DNA of 41,662 bases from Schizochytrium sp. TIO01 (Eukaryota > Protista > Bigyra: Labyrinthulomycetes). The stretch covers positions 1-41,662 of the forward strand of contig CM015709.1 of NCBI GenBank assembly GCA_004764695.1, in the 5' to 3' direction. The notes under the pieces are model-generated. The model worked only from the letters and a program-made list of their open reading frames with translations, did not search any database and was not told the origin of the DNA. This document shows, piece after piece, positions 32,201 through 41,662 of this stretch (positions are counted from its first letter, which is position 1; each line of letters opens with the position of its first letter). The position numbers were made by a program, and so were the translations under genes.

Positions 32201-35200
32201 ATTATTTACATATTCTTCCCCAAACTTCCAAACCCTACTTTCTGTGCGCAACCTCTACACCTCCTCCTCCGTGAACCTGCGTCAGAGGAGGTGTAGAGGA
32301 TAGCTAGAAAGGAGGTACAGTGTCTAAAATGGAAATTAACTCTAGCGTCATCGATATTAACCCCATTTAAACACTTATTCTCTGTAATAGTTAGCTTCTC
32401 ACACTAAGATAGAACAAATAAGAGGCATTTTTACCCTGCCTCAGGGTAGAACAGGAATCGAACCCGTTTTATATACATATACCAAAGCTACCCACATAAA
32501 AATTGGAAGGAGGGGCCAAAGTCCGAAAATCCTCCTTCTATAAGCATGGAGCTAGCTCCAAAACTTCAAGAACCTCGTGCACGGACCTCCTATAACAGTA
32601 AAACTGGAAGGAGGGGCCAAAGTCCGAAAATCCTCCTTCTATAAGCATGGAGCTAGCCCAAAAACTTCAAGAACCTCGTGCACGGACCTCCGGTAACAGT
32701 AAAACTGGAAGGAGGGGCCAAAGTCCGAAAATCCTCCTTCTATAAGCATGGAGCTAGCCCAAAAACTTCAAGAACCTCGTGCACGGACCTCCGGTAACAG
32801 TAAAACTGGAAGGAGGGGCCAAAGTCCGAAAATCCTCCTTCTATAAGCATGGAGCTAGCCCAAAAACTTCAAGAACCTCGTGCACGGACCTCCGGTAACA
32901 GTAAAACTGGAAGGAGGGGCCAAAGTCCGAAAATCCTCCTTCTATAAGCATGGAGCTAGCCCAAAAACTTCAAGAACCTCGTGCACGGACCTCCGGTAAC
33001 AGTAAAACTGGAAGGAGGGGCCAAAGTCCGAAAATCCTCCTTCTATAAGCATGGAGCTAGCCCAAAAACTTCAAGAACCTCGTGCAACCTAAATTTTATC
33101 ATTTAAACATATTATTAATCTCTGAATAGGTATATTATTTACATATTCTTCCCCAAACTTCCAAACCCTACTTTCTGTGCGCAACCTCTACACCTCCTCC
33201 TCCGTGAACCTGCGTCAGAGGAGGTGTAGAGGATAGCTAGAAAGGAGGTACAGTGTCTAAAATGGAAATTAACTCTAGCGTCATCGATATTAACCCCATT
33301 TAAACACTTATTCTCTGTAATAGTTAGCTTCTCACACTAAGATAGAACAAATAAGAGGCATTTTTACCCTGCCTCAGGGTAGAACAGGAATCGAACCCGT
33401 TTTATATACATATACCAAAGCTACCCACATAAAAATTGGAAGGAGGGGCCAAAGTCCGAAAATCCTCCTTCTATAAGCATGGAGCTAGCTCCAAAACTTC
33501 AAGAACCTCGTGCACGGACCTCCTATAACAGTAAAACTGGAAGGAGGGGCCAAAGTCCGAAAATCCTCCTTCTATAAGCATGGAGCTAGCCCAAAAACTT
33601 CAAGAACCTCGTGCACGGACCTCCGGTAACAGTAAAACTGGAAGGAGGGGCCAAAGTCCGAAAATCCTCCTTCTATAAGCATGGAGCTAGCCCAAAAACT
33701 TCAAGAACCTCGTGCACGGACCTCCGGTAACAGTAAAACTGGAAGGAGGGGCCAAAGTCCGAAAATCCTCCTTCTATAAGCATGGAGCTAACCCAAAAAC
33801 TTCAAGAACCTCGTGCACGGACCTCCGGTAACAGTAAAACTGGAAGGAGGGGCCAAAGTCCGAAAATCCTCCTTTTATAAGCATGGAGCTAGCCCAAAAA
33901 CTTCAAGAACCTCGTGCAACCTAAATTTTATCATTTAAACATATTATTAATCTCTGAATAGGTATATTATTTACATATTCTTCCCCAAACTTCCAAACCC
34001 TACTTTCTGTGCGCAACCTCTACACCTCCTCCTCCGTGAACCTGCGTCAGAGGAGGTGTAGAGGATAGCTAGAAAGGAGGTACAGTGTCTAAAATGGAAA
34101 TTAACTCTAGCGTCATCGATATTAACCCCATTTAAACACTTATTCTCTGTAATAGTTAGCTTCTCACACTAAGATAGAACAAATAAGAGGCATTTTTACC
34201 CTGCCTCAGGGTAGAACAGGAATCGAACCCGTTTTATATACATATACCAAAGCTACCCACATAAAAATTGGAAGGAGGGGCCAAAGTCCGAAAATCCTCC
34301 TTCTATAAGCATGGAGCTAGCTCCAAAACTTCAAGAACCTCGTGCACGGACCTCCTATAACAGTAAAACTGGAAGGAGGGGCCAAAGTCCGAAAATCCTC
34401 CTTCTATAAGCATGGAGCTAGCCCAAAAACTTCAAGAACCTCGTGCACGGACCTCCGGTAACAGTAAAACTGGAAGGAGGGGCCAAAGTCCGAAAATCCT
34501 CCTTCTATAAGCATGGAGCTAGCCCAAAAACTTCAAGAACCTCGTGCACGGACCTCCGGTAACAGTAAAACTGGAAGGAGGGGCCAAAGTCCGAAAATCC
34601 TCCTTCTATAAGCATGGAGCTAGCCCAAAAACTTCAAGAACCTCGTGCACGGACCTCCGGTAACAGTAAAACTGGAAGGAGGGGCCAAAGTCCGAAAATC
34701 CTCCTTCTATAAGCATGGAGCTAGCCCAAAAACTTCAAGAACCTCGTGCACGGACCTCCGGTAACAGTAAAACTGGAAGGAGGGGCCAAAGTCCGAAAAT
34801 CCTCCTTCTATAAGCATGGAGCTAGCCCAAAAACTTCAAGAACCTCGTGCAACCTAAATTTTATCATTTAAACATATTATTAATCTCTGAATAGGTATAT
34901 TATTTACATATTCTTCCCCAAACTTCCAAACCCTACTTTCTGTGCGCAACCTCTACACCTCCTCCTCCGTGAACCTGCGTCAGAGGAGGTGTAGAGGATA
35001 GCTAGAAAGGAGGTACAGTGTCTAAAATGGAAATTAACTCTAGCGTCATCGATATTAACCCCATTTAAACACTTATTCTCTGTAATAGTTAGCTTCTCAC
35101 ACTAAGATAGAACAAATAAGAGGCATTTTTACCCTGCCTCAGGGTAGAACAGGAATCGAACCCGTTTTATATACATATACCAAAGCTACCCACATAAAAA

Positions 35201-36153
35201 TTGGAAGGAGGGGCCAAAGTCCGAAAATCCTCCTTCTATAAGCATGGAGCTAGCTCCAAAACTTCAAGAACCTCGTGCACGGACCTCCTATAACAGTAAA
35301 ACTGGAAGGAGGGGCCAAAGTCCGAAAATCCTCCTTCTATAAGCATGGAGCTAGCCCAAAAACTTCAAGAACCTCGTGCACGGACCTCCGGTAACAGTAA
35401 AACTGGAAGGAGGGGCCAAAGTCCGAAAATCCTCCTTCTATAAGCATGGAGCTAGCCCAAAAACTTCAAGAACCTCGTGCACGGACCTCCGGTAACAGTA
35501 AAACTGGAAGGAGGGGCCAAAGTCCGAAAATCCTCCTTCTATAAGCATGGAGCTAGCCCAAAAACTTCAAGAACCTCGTGCAACCTAAATTTTATCATTT
35601 AAACATATTATTAATCTCTGAATAGGTATATTATTTACATATTCTTCCCCAAACTTCCAAACCCTACTTTCTGTGCGCAACCTCTACACCTCCTCCTCCG
35701 TGAACCTGCGTCAGAGGAGGTGTAGAGGATAGCTAGAAAGGAGGTACAGTGTCTAAAATGGAAATTAACTCTAGCGTCATCGATATTAACCCCATTTAAA
35801 CACTTATTCTCTGTAATAGTTAGCTTCTCACACTAAGATAGAACAAATAAGAGGCATTTTTACCCTGCCTCAGGGTAGAACAGGAATCGAACCCGTTTTA
35901 TATACATATACCAAAGCTACCCACATAAAAATTGAAAGGAGGGGCCAAAGTTCGAAAATCCTCCTTCTATAAGCATGGAGCTAGCTCCAAAACTTCAAGA
36001 ACCTCGTGCAACCTAAATTTTATCATTTAAACACTTATTCTCTGTAATAGTTAGCTTCTCACACTAAGATAGAACAAATAAGAGGCATTTTTACCCTGCC
36101 TCAGGGTAGAATGGGAATTGAACCCATTTTATATACTTATACCAAAGCTACCC
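29254..36153. repeat. higher-order repeat: eight 345-bp spacers alternating with short 101-bp arrays, ending in an internally deleted ninth spacer
   Basis: Spacers start at 29254, 30288, 31423, 32154, 33087, 33919, 34852, 35583; following arrays hold 6.8, 7.8, 3.8, 5.8, 4.8, 5.8, 3.8 and 0.8 units. Confidence 0.96.
36103..36153 (-). ncRNA. tRNA-like minihelix, right boundary copy of the repeat region
   Basis: GGGTAGC-19 nt-ATGGG TTCAATT CCCAT-TCTACCC-T; compensatory T-stem change relative to the other copies. Confidence 0.6.
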
Positions 36154-36201
36154 AAAACTTTTATAAAAAGTTTAAGCTATTTTAGCTTTAAAATAACTTT
36201 T

Positions 36202-36275
36202 AAGCCATCATGGGACTCGAACCCATAATCCCCAGGTTTGCAACCTAGTGCATAAACCAATTATGCTTCATGGCC
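36202..36275 (-). tRNA. trnC: tRNA-Cys(GCA)
   Basis: Anticodon loop TTGCAAA; U73. Confidence 0.92.
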
Positions 36276-36290
36276 AAGCTATTTTTATAA

Positions 36291-36371
36291 TGAGGAAGGT
36301 TGGACTTGAACCAACGACTCGAAACGAACTTGGTTTACAGCCAAGCACAATAACCACTCTGTCACTTCCTC
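36291..36371 (-). tRNA. trnY: tRNA-Tyr(GUA)
   Basis: Anticodon loop CTGTAAA; long variable arm. Confidence 0.93.
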
Positions 36372-36382
36372 AACAATTGCAA

Positions 36383-36766
36383 TAAAACTCGTTTTATCAA
36401 TTGCAATTGAATAAAAGAATTTACCAAATTATTCAAATAATTAGGAGTAAATTTAAATTGAGATGAAACTTGTTTTGAAGATTTCAAAGCCCAAGAAGCT
36501 ACGTTAGAATACGATTTTTGAACTAGTTTGTAGCAAGAACCACAAGATTCACTGAAAAAAGTATCATATTTAGCTGAAACGGAACTAACTTCTTTTTGAA
36601 GTTCTGAAGATGATAGTTGAATAGAAGAAAAGCGTTTTACCCTCATTTTAAGAGCATTCACAATTAGGGGAACAACTGTTTGAAAAGTAATAAAATAAAA
36701 CAACCAAAAAAACAGAAGAAGCCAAAAAATTTGAGAAAGAAAAGTAGTAATATCTAGTTGAGGCAT
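36383..36766 (-). CDS. atp8: ATP synthase subunit 8 (127 aa, TTA stop)
   Basis: MPQLD N-terminus, SQIFWL TM segment, LKMR; TTA removes the overlap with trnY. Confidence 0.93.
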
Positions 36767-36778
36767 TAGAATAAAATT

Positions 36779-36850
36779 TGGGTGCAAAGGGAATTGAACC
36801 CCCGACAAAAGACTTAAAAGGACTCTGCTCTACCACTGAGCTATGCACCC
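36779..36850 (-). tRNA. trnK: tRNA-Lys(UUU)
   Basis: Anticodon loop CTTTTAA. Confidence 0.92.
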
Positions 36851-36867
36851 AATCCTTGTTAATTTTA

Positions 36868-38835
36868 TTAAACAATAGCAAGACATAGAAAAATAAAAAA
36901 GAACAAAGGAGAAATAGAAAAAAATAGAAAGCATGAATAAGCACAAATAAAAAACAAAATTACAAATATATAATGAAACAGATGACCTGAACTAAAACGA
37001 GAAAAATTAATAGAACTAATGGTATGACTTAGCCCAAAAGGTCCCAAGATTTCAAGAATACCTCGATCTAGCAAACGGTATGAAATATCATAAGCGAATC
37101 GCAAACCGGATTGACCCACTATTTCGGTATACACTTTATCAAAAAACCATTTTTTATTAAAAAAAATATAAAGTGAACGCCCAATATAATGTTGTTTTAT
37201 ATTAAACAAATAAATTGAATTATACTTATAAAAGATGAATGATGAGATCATACCCAAAAACGCTAGTATAGTAGGAAACAATTTAATTGAAGTTGGCAAA
37301 AACTCTCCAAAAAATACATTCAAATGATTTGGAGCTACGAATAGAGCATGATTAAAAAAAGAACTTCCTACTCCAATAATAGCATCTTTAAAAAGATAAC
37401 CAAAGAAAACACTTCCAAAAATCAAAACAAAAAGAGGAAATGCTATACGAAATGGAGACTCATGTACATTTTCAAACCTCCTTCGAAAACCATTTACAGG
37501 AGACAAAAAGGTAAGATACAACAAACGAATAGAATAAAAAGATGTACAAAAAGCAGCCATACTTCCCAAAATAAAAGCGAAGTGACCTGTAGAAGAAAAT
37601 GAACCATAAGCATTTTCAAGAATAACATCTTTTGAATAAAATCCTGAAAGAAAAGGAAAACCAGCAAGAGCCAAAGAACCAATCATTATAGAACTATAAG
37701 TAAAGGGCAGCAATTTGGCAAGACCTCCTATTTTTCGCATATCTTGTTCATCTCCTATAGCATGAATAACTGAACCAGCACACAAAAACAACAAAGCTTT
37801 AAAAAAAGCGTGGTTAGCTAGATGAAAAACACCAACTTGGTAAGAAGAAAGGCCACAAGCAAATACTATGTAACCCAACTGAGAACAAGTAGAATATGCA
37901 ATAACTTTTTTCAAATCATTTTGCAACAATCCAGTAGTAGCTGCAAAAAAAGCAGTAGAAGCACCAAAAACGGTGATTACTTGCAACGCAAATGGAGAAA
38001 ATTCAATAAAAGAAGAACACCTTGCGAGAAGAAAAACACCTGCGGTAACCATAGTTGCAGCGTGAATTAGTGCAGAAACAGGAGTTGGACCTTCCATAGC
38101 GTCAGGCAACCAAGTATGCAACCCTAGCTGCGCTGATTTACCAACAGCTCCTACAAAAAGTAGCAAACTAATAGCGGTGATAGTATCGATAGAAAACCAA
38201 AAAAGATAAATTTTTGTACCTACCAATGAAGGTACACAAGAAAACACAGTAGCATAATCGATAGAACCTACAGAAAAATAGATAGCGAAAATTCCGAGAG
38301 CCAAACCATAGTCTCCGATACGATTTATAAACATAGCTTTAATAGCAGCTTTATTTGCTTGGATTCGAGTAAACCAAAAATTAATAAGAAGATAACTACA
38401 CAAACCAACACCTTCCCAACCCACAAATATTTGAATAAAGTTGTTTGCAGTTACCAAGATTAGCATAAAAAAGGTAAACAATGACAAATAACTTATAAAA
38501 CGGGGTAGGTGAGGGTCTTCTTCTATGTATGAAGAAGAATAGATATGAACCAATAGAGAAACAGAACAAACTACGATCAACATAGTAGCAGTCAAACTAT
38601 CAAACAAAAACCCCCATTGAACATTAAATGAACCTACTTCTATCCAAGGCCAAAGTTGAAAATGGATACTTATAGGAGAAAACAGAAATGAAAAAAATAC
38701 GTACCAAGACAAAATACATGAGACTAGAACAGAACTGGTACTGATGATAACAGAACCATTACGCCCCAAAAGGCGCCCTCCTATACCTGCCAAAACGGAT
38801 CCCAAAAATGGAAACAAAACAATCGAGAAATACAT
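36868..38835 (-). CDS. nad5: NADH dehydrogenase subunit 5 (655 aa)
   Basis: GWEGVGLCSYLLI, KSAQLGLHTWLPDAMEGPTPVSALIHAATMV, HAFFKALLF. Confidence 0.99.
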   Translation of the reverse strand: MYFSIVLFPFLGSVLAGIGGRLLGRNGSVIISTSSVLVSCILSWYVFFSFLFSPISIHFQLWPWIEVGSFNVQWGFLFDSLTATMLIVVCSVSLLVHIYSSSYIEEDPHLPRFISYLSLFTFFMLILVTANNFIQIFVGWEGVGLCSYLLINFWFTRIQANKAAIKAMFINRIGDYGLALGIFAIYFSVGSIDYATVFSCVPSLVGTKIYLFWFSIDTITAISLLLFVGAVGKSAQLGLHTWLPDAMEGPTPVSALIHAATMVTAGVFLLARCSSFIEFSPFALQVITVFGASTAFFAATTGLLQNDLKKVIAYSTCSQLGYIVFACGLSSYQVGVFHLANHAFFKALLFLCAGSVIHAIGDEQDMRKIGGLAKLLPFTYSSIMIGSLALAGFPFLSGFYSKDVILENAYGSFSSTGHFAFILGSMAAFCTSFYSIRLLYLTFLSPVNGFRRRFENVHESPFRIAFPLFVLIFGSVFFGYLFKDAIIGVGSSFFNHALFVAPNHLNVFFGEFLPTSIKLFPTILAFLGMISSFIFYKYNSIYLFNIKQHYIGRSLYIFFNKKWFFDKVYTEIVGQSGLRFAYDISYRLLDRGILEILGPFGLSHTISSINFSRFSSGHLFHYIFVILFFICAYSCFLFFSISPLFFFIFLCLAIV

Positions 38836-38849
38836 GAATAAAAAAGATA

Positions 38850-38935
38850 CGGGCAAAGCAGGATTCGAACCTGCGAAGAATACGATTCTTACCAGTTTTC
38901 AAGACTGGAACCTTAAACCACTCAGACATTTGCCC
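38850..38935 (-). tRNA. trnS: tRNA-Ser(UGA)
   Basis: Anticodon loop CTTGAAA; long variable arm. Confidence 0.93.
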
Positions 38936-38944
38936 AATATGTTA

Positions 38945-39283
38945 TAAAAGACGCCTTTTTTTCTTTTGACGACACCCGTTAAAAGGAACAGACGCACTAA
39001 AATAACAATGTTCAATTTGAAATTTTTGAAAAGCTTTCAAAATATAAAATTTACCTTTCCCCAATCCAGAAAAATAAAAAATGATACGGGGTTTACCGTT
39101 GAAAAAACTTTCCAAAAAATTTGCAGCGTGCACACCCAACATAATAAGAGACATATTTGAATTTTTTTTAAAACTCCCCCGAATAGAAGACATACCAGAT
39201 GAAGCTTTAAAAACTATTCGTTTATTATAATAAATGGATAGATGGGTATTATTAAAAGAACTATTAATATAGATAGAAAACAT
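38945..39283 (-). CDS. rps11: ribosomal protein S11 (112 aa, TTA then TAA)
   Basis: SSFNNT, ASSG, GLGKGK, VPFNGCRQKKKRRL. Confidence 0.92.
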
Positions 39284-39285
39284 AT

Positions 39286-39642
39286 TTAACGAATTTTTTT
39301 TACTGTTTTAGCATTTGTTTTAGTACGTTGCCCTCGAACAGGCAAATTAGAAGAATATCGAAATCCTTTATAACTTTTTATTTTCATATGCAAAAGTTTA
39401 TTATCTTTAATATATTTACGCAAATTTGCCTCTATTTTATAATCATCAAGAAGATTTTTTTCAATCCAATTAAGTACTTGATTTTGTTGAGTAGAGGTAA
39501 CTATATAAGCAGGAGTTTGCGACAAAATACCACATGAAACACAAATACGTTTGCTCAAATGAGGACCAATGCCGTAAATAGTAGACAAAACAGATGCAAA
39601 GAAGATTTTACTTTTTATAAGATCTTTTTTAAATTGAATCAT
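39286..39642 (-). CDS. rps13: ribosomal protein S13
   Basis: IYGIG, SYKGFR, LPVRGQRTKTNAKT. Confidence 0.95.
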   Translation of the reverse strand: MIQFKKDLIKSKIFFASVLSTIYGIGPHLSKRICVSCGILSQTPAYIVTSTQQNQVLNWIEKNLLDDYKIEANLRKYIKDNKLLHMKIKSYKGFRYSSNLPVRGQRTKTNAKTVKKIR

Positions 39643-40165
39643 AAGTAGAATTAATTTGAAGGCTATTTATAAAAAAAGAAAATTCTTTTGTAGAAATAGA
39701 CGAATGGAATAGTTGAACTGAAAAAGCTTCGTTAATCAATGATTTAAAACGATCACTCTCATTTTCAATACTATAAATATTTATAGTCTTAATATCAGCA
39801 ACATACCTAGAAGAAGAATGTTCACGTTTAAATAGAAATGCCAAGGCATTATTTGAGTACATACAATAAAAGGTGAACAAATAATTCAAAAAAGATATAG
39901 TTTGCTCAAACGAAAAAGAAGAAGAAAATGAAACAAATTGACCTCGACGCAATTTCAAACGAGCAACATCTTTTTTAGAATAAAGTAGTGTAGGTTTTCG
40001 CAATGATATAAATTCTATCAAAAGCCAACAAGAACCAAAAAGATCCTTATTAAAATCAAAAGATTTCAAACTTACTTGCGATTGCAACGAAAAATGCTTT
40101 GATTTTATAGAAGATATTAGATCTTTTTTTACTACACGTGAATAAAATTGATTAAAACGAAACAT
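39629..40165 (-). CDS. rpl5: ribosomal protein L5 (divergent)
   Basis: Directly follows rpl14; IEFISLRKP..SKKDVARLKLRRGQ resembles L5 LE.ISGQKP..AKKSIA.FKLRKG. Confidence 0.75.
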   Translation of the reverse strand: MFRFNQFYSRVVKKDLISSIKSKHFSLQSQVSLKSFDFNKDLFGSCWLLIEFISLRKPTLLYSKKDVARLKLRRGQFVSFSSSFSFEQTISFLNYLFTFYCMYSNNALAFLFKREHSSSRYVADIKTINIYSIENESDRFKSLINEAFSVQLFHSSISTKEFSFFINSLQINSTYDSI

Positions 40166-40569
40166 TAAAAATAATTATCAAATAGACTATACGCTTTATA
40201 AAAACCTTTTTGTTTAATAATAAAGGAAACAGCACCTTGGGAACGAGATCCCAAATTTTTTTGATTTTTCCTAAAAGATTTAATATCCAATAGAACACAA
40301 TAATTTTGAGAGTATTTAGCATAAAAACCGGTTGAATACATATTCAAAGAAGTTTCTTTCTTTGACCCAGTAAAAAGGCCCGCCACTAGTTGACCCTTTT
40401 TAAATTTTTGTTGTTTATTTGTTTGATTTTTCATTGCTTGAACAACTCCCACAAATACGGATCCCACTACCCCATTATTAGCATAACGTTTATTTTTAAT
40501 ATGAACACAACGAACTTCACGAACTCCACTATTATCAAGAACATTTAGAGTTATTTGAGGATATAGCAT
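40165..40569 (-). CDS. rpl14: ribosomal protein L14 (134 aa)
   Basis: LNVLDNSGVREVRCV, NYCVLL, LGSR..GAV. Confidence 0.92.
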   Translation of the reverse strand: MLYPQITLNVLDNSGVREVRCVHIKNKRYANNGVVGSVFVGVVQAMKNQTNKQQKFKKGQLVAGLFTGSKKETSLNMYSTGFYAKYSQNYCVLLDIKSFRKNQKNLGSRSQGAVSFIIKQKGFYKAYSLFDNYF

Positions 40570-40584
40570 AAAATAAAAATGGAT

Positions 40585-40659
40585 TACCCCTAGCTGGATT
40601 TGAACCAGCAAAAAAATAGATTTTGAATCTACCGCGTCTACCAATTCCACCATAGGGGC
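40585..40659 (-). tRNA. trnL: tRNA-Leu(CAA)
   Basis: Leu-type D-arm GGTGGAATTGGTAGAC; anticodon loop TTCAAAA; short U-rich variable region. Confidence 0.9.
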
Positions 40660-40667
40660 AAAAATAA

Positions 40668-40940
40668 TTACCAAGAATAAGACGACAAACCAGAAACACG
40701 ATATTGAAGCAATACTCGTCGAATACTTATCCTAGAAATTTTAAAAAACCTAAAAACAAAACGGGAACGCCCTGTTAGAAAGCAGCGATTATTCAATTTT
40801 GTTTTTATATTTTTTTCTACGACTACTTTTTTAGAGAAAGGAGTATAAAAACTAGCCATTGTATCAAAAGAATTAAAAACGGTAGGGTTAAAAATAGAAT
40901 CTAGTTTATACTTACGATTTTTACTTAGAGAACTTTTCAT
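40668..40940 (-). CDS. rps14: ribosomal protein S14 (90 aa)
   Basis: NNRCFLTGRSR, FKISRI, C-terminal SW. Confidence 0.93.
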   Translation of the reverse strand: MKSSLSKNRKYKLDSIFNPTVFNSFDTMASFYTPFSKKVVVEKNIKTKLNNRCFLTGRSRFVFRFFKISRISIRRVLLQYRVSGLSSYSW

Positions 40941-40953
40941 ATAAAGATTATTT

Positions 40954-41025
40954 TGGAAATGATTGGATTTGAACCAACAACATTTTGCTTGCAAAGCAAA
41001 TGATCTACCATTGATCTACATTCCC
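40954..41025 (-). tRNA. trnA: tRNA-Ala(UGC)
   Basis: Anticodon loop TTTGCAA; G3-U70. Confidence 0.94.
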
Positions 41026-41027
41026 AA

Positions 41028-41109
41028 TACTGCTTGCAAGACTTGAACTTGCACTAATAAATTAAATGGAACCTAAATCCACCGTGTCTACCAATTCCAC
41101 CAAAGCAGC
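41028..41109 (-). tRNA. trnL: tRNA-Leu(UAG)
   Basis: Anticodon loop TTTAGGT; long variable arm. Confidence 0.93.
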
Positions 41110-41137
41110 AAAAGCTTTCAAATAAGAAAGCGATAAC

Positions 41138-41365
<228 letters not shown>

Positions 41366-41386
41366 TTATTTTAAAATTTTTAATAA

Positions 41387-41459
41387 AGGCGGGGGGAGGA
41401 TTTGAACCTCCAATCTTTAGGTTATGAGCCTAATGAGATAACCATTACTCTACCCCGCA
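41387..41459 (-). tRNA. trnM: tRNA-Met(CAU), probably initiator
   Basis: Anticodon loop CTCATAA; U1xC72 mismatch and purine-11 D-stem typical of fMet tRNA. Confidence 0.88.
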
Positions 41460-41475
41460 AATCCTGATTAAGGAA

Positions 41476-41662
41476 TTACCATTCAAGAGCACCTACTTTC
41501 CAGGCATAAAGAAAACCGATAACCAATTCAACAAAGAAATCGATTATAATCCAAAAACTAAAAGATCCCAGTTTACCCACTATAATAGACCAAGGAAACA
41601 AAAAACTAGCTTCCAAATCAAAAATAAGAAAAAGGATAGCAACCAAATAAAAACGGACATCA
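41476..41662 (-). CDS. nad3: NADH dehydrogenase subunit 3, 3' part (joins 176-1; 120 aa total)
   Basis: [17 protein letters not shown]...WKVGALEW then TAA at 41478-41476. Confidence 0.96.
   Translation of the reverse strand, partial: DVRFYLVAILFLIFDLEASFLFPWSIIVGKLGSFSFWIIIDFFVELVIGFLYAWKVGALEW

Noticed and set aside
25131-36010. CRISPR array
   Set aside because: Units are head-to-tail and near-identical with no unique spacers; there are no cas genes and the context is mitochondrial
36155-36200. AT-rich palindromes (AAACTTTTATAAAAAGTTT, AAGCTATTTTAGCTT) after trnC
   Set aside because: Short low-complexity inverted repeats are expected by chance at this AT content

Overview
The window is a complete, circular-mapping, intron-free protist mitochondrial genome: nad3 reads in frame across the 41662/1 junction. 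It is most likely from a labyrinthulomycete (thraustochytrid-type stramenopile), because TTA acts as a stop codon (15 genes) and ATA sits at conserved Met positions. Every gene is on the minus strand. I find 35 protein genes: nad1-7, nad4L, nad9, an N-terminal-only nad11, cob, cox1-3, atp6/8/9, tatC, a 44-aa tatA candidate missing from the ORF track, 11 rps and 5 rpl. There are also rns, rnl, a candidate divergent 5S rRNA and 21 tRNAs, with none for Arg or Thr and no trnL(UAA). Positions ~23.5-36.2 kb are non-coding: ~1.5 kb of unique sequence, then ~11 kb of 101-bp tandem repeats broken by 345-bp spacers. The most unusual signal is a family of 46-51 nt tRNA-like minihelices (acceptor stem plus T-arm, no D-stem or anticodon arm). 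They occur at two tRNA-less gene junctions and ten times in the repeat region, where they show compensatory stem changes. A separate 153-nt structured element with tRNA-like ends is a tmRNA-like candidate. CDS coordinates are corrected for TTA=stop; rRNA ends are approximate.
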